This document shows, piece by piece, positions 17,392-17,993 of a stretch of 17,993 nt of DNA. The notes below the pieces were generated by a model that was not told the origin of the DNA, did no database searches, and saw only the letters and a program-made list of their open reading frames with translations. Source of the DNA: an uncultured bacterium (GTDB lineage: Bacteria; Acidobacteriota; HRBIN11; JAKEFK01); the NCBI GenBank assembly GCA_963777505.1, contig CAVZQN010000013.1:1-17993 (forward strand), in the 5' to 3' direction. A program made the translations under genes and the position numbers. Every line of letters begins with the position of its first letter. Positions within the stretch are counted from its first letter, which is position 1.

Positions 17392-17993
17392 GGTCGGTGC
17401 GTGCATCGAGATCCTTTCCGCGTGCTTGTTCGGGCGACATGTAAGCAACGGTGCCCATAGTCGATCCGCTCTTTGGTTAGTTGCTGCGGTGTGGCTGGCA
17501 GTGGGCATCTCCGTATCTGTTGTTTCGAGCTCCGCTGGTCTGTTTGGCCAGTCCAAAGTCGAGCAGCTTTGCTTGACTCCGCGTTCGGTGACGAAAATGT
17601 TGGCCGGCTTAATATCGCGATGGATGATGTGTTTTGCATGTGCAGAATCAAGGGCATCCGCAATTTGAGAACCCCATTCCAGAATCTGCTCGATCTCCAT
17701 CGGTTGTCCGGAAATGGTGTGCTTTAACGTTTTTCCTTTCATCATTTCCATGGCGATGAAAGGACGTCCCTTCGTGTTCGCCGATGTCGTGGATGGTGCA
17801 GATGTGTCGAATGGTTCAAAGCAGATGCCGATTGAGCTTCGCGCCGGAACCGCTCCAATGCTTCCGGAGTTGCAACTAAATCGTCAGGAAGGAATTTCAG
17901 TGCGACATGACGTTTGAGGTTCAGATCCTCAGCCTCATACACCACGCCCATACCGCCGCCACCAAGCTTATTTAGAATGCGATAATGTGCAAC
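17392..17993 (-). pseudogene. Hanks-type Ser/Thr kinase, multiply frameshifted and truncated (5' end beyond window)
   Basis: [38 protein letters not shown] and [21 protein letters not shown] are spread over different frames. Confidence 0.9.

Overview
Bacterial accessory region. The multiple eukaryote-like Ser/Thr kinase-TPR genes suggest an Acidobacteriota-like soil lineage (inference). Largely intact genes are an M4 thermolysin-family protease, a Ser/Thr kinase-TPR protein (3' end frameshifted), a higBA module, a Phd/YefM antitoxin and four orphan proteins with disordered N-termini and no Sec signal (370, 3287, 5595 and 8424 minus strand). Between them lie decayed gene shards: a kinase TPR tail, a trypsin-like protease, vapC, DUF763, a helicase motif VI and a collapsed second kinase. 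Main observation: three of the unrelated orphans share an ungapped 19-aa motif starting at residue 48-62. Two orphans also sit behind near-identical sigma54 promoters (TTGGCAT-N5-TTGCT), one with tandem palindromic candidate enhancer sites. Together these suggest a dispersed, partly co-regulated set of substrates for a non-Sec (T3SS/flagellar-like) export pathway encoded elsewhere. No rRNA, tRNA, CRISPR array, integrase or transposase was seen.
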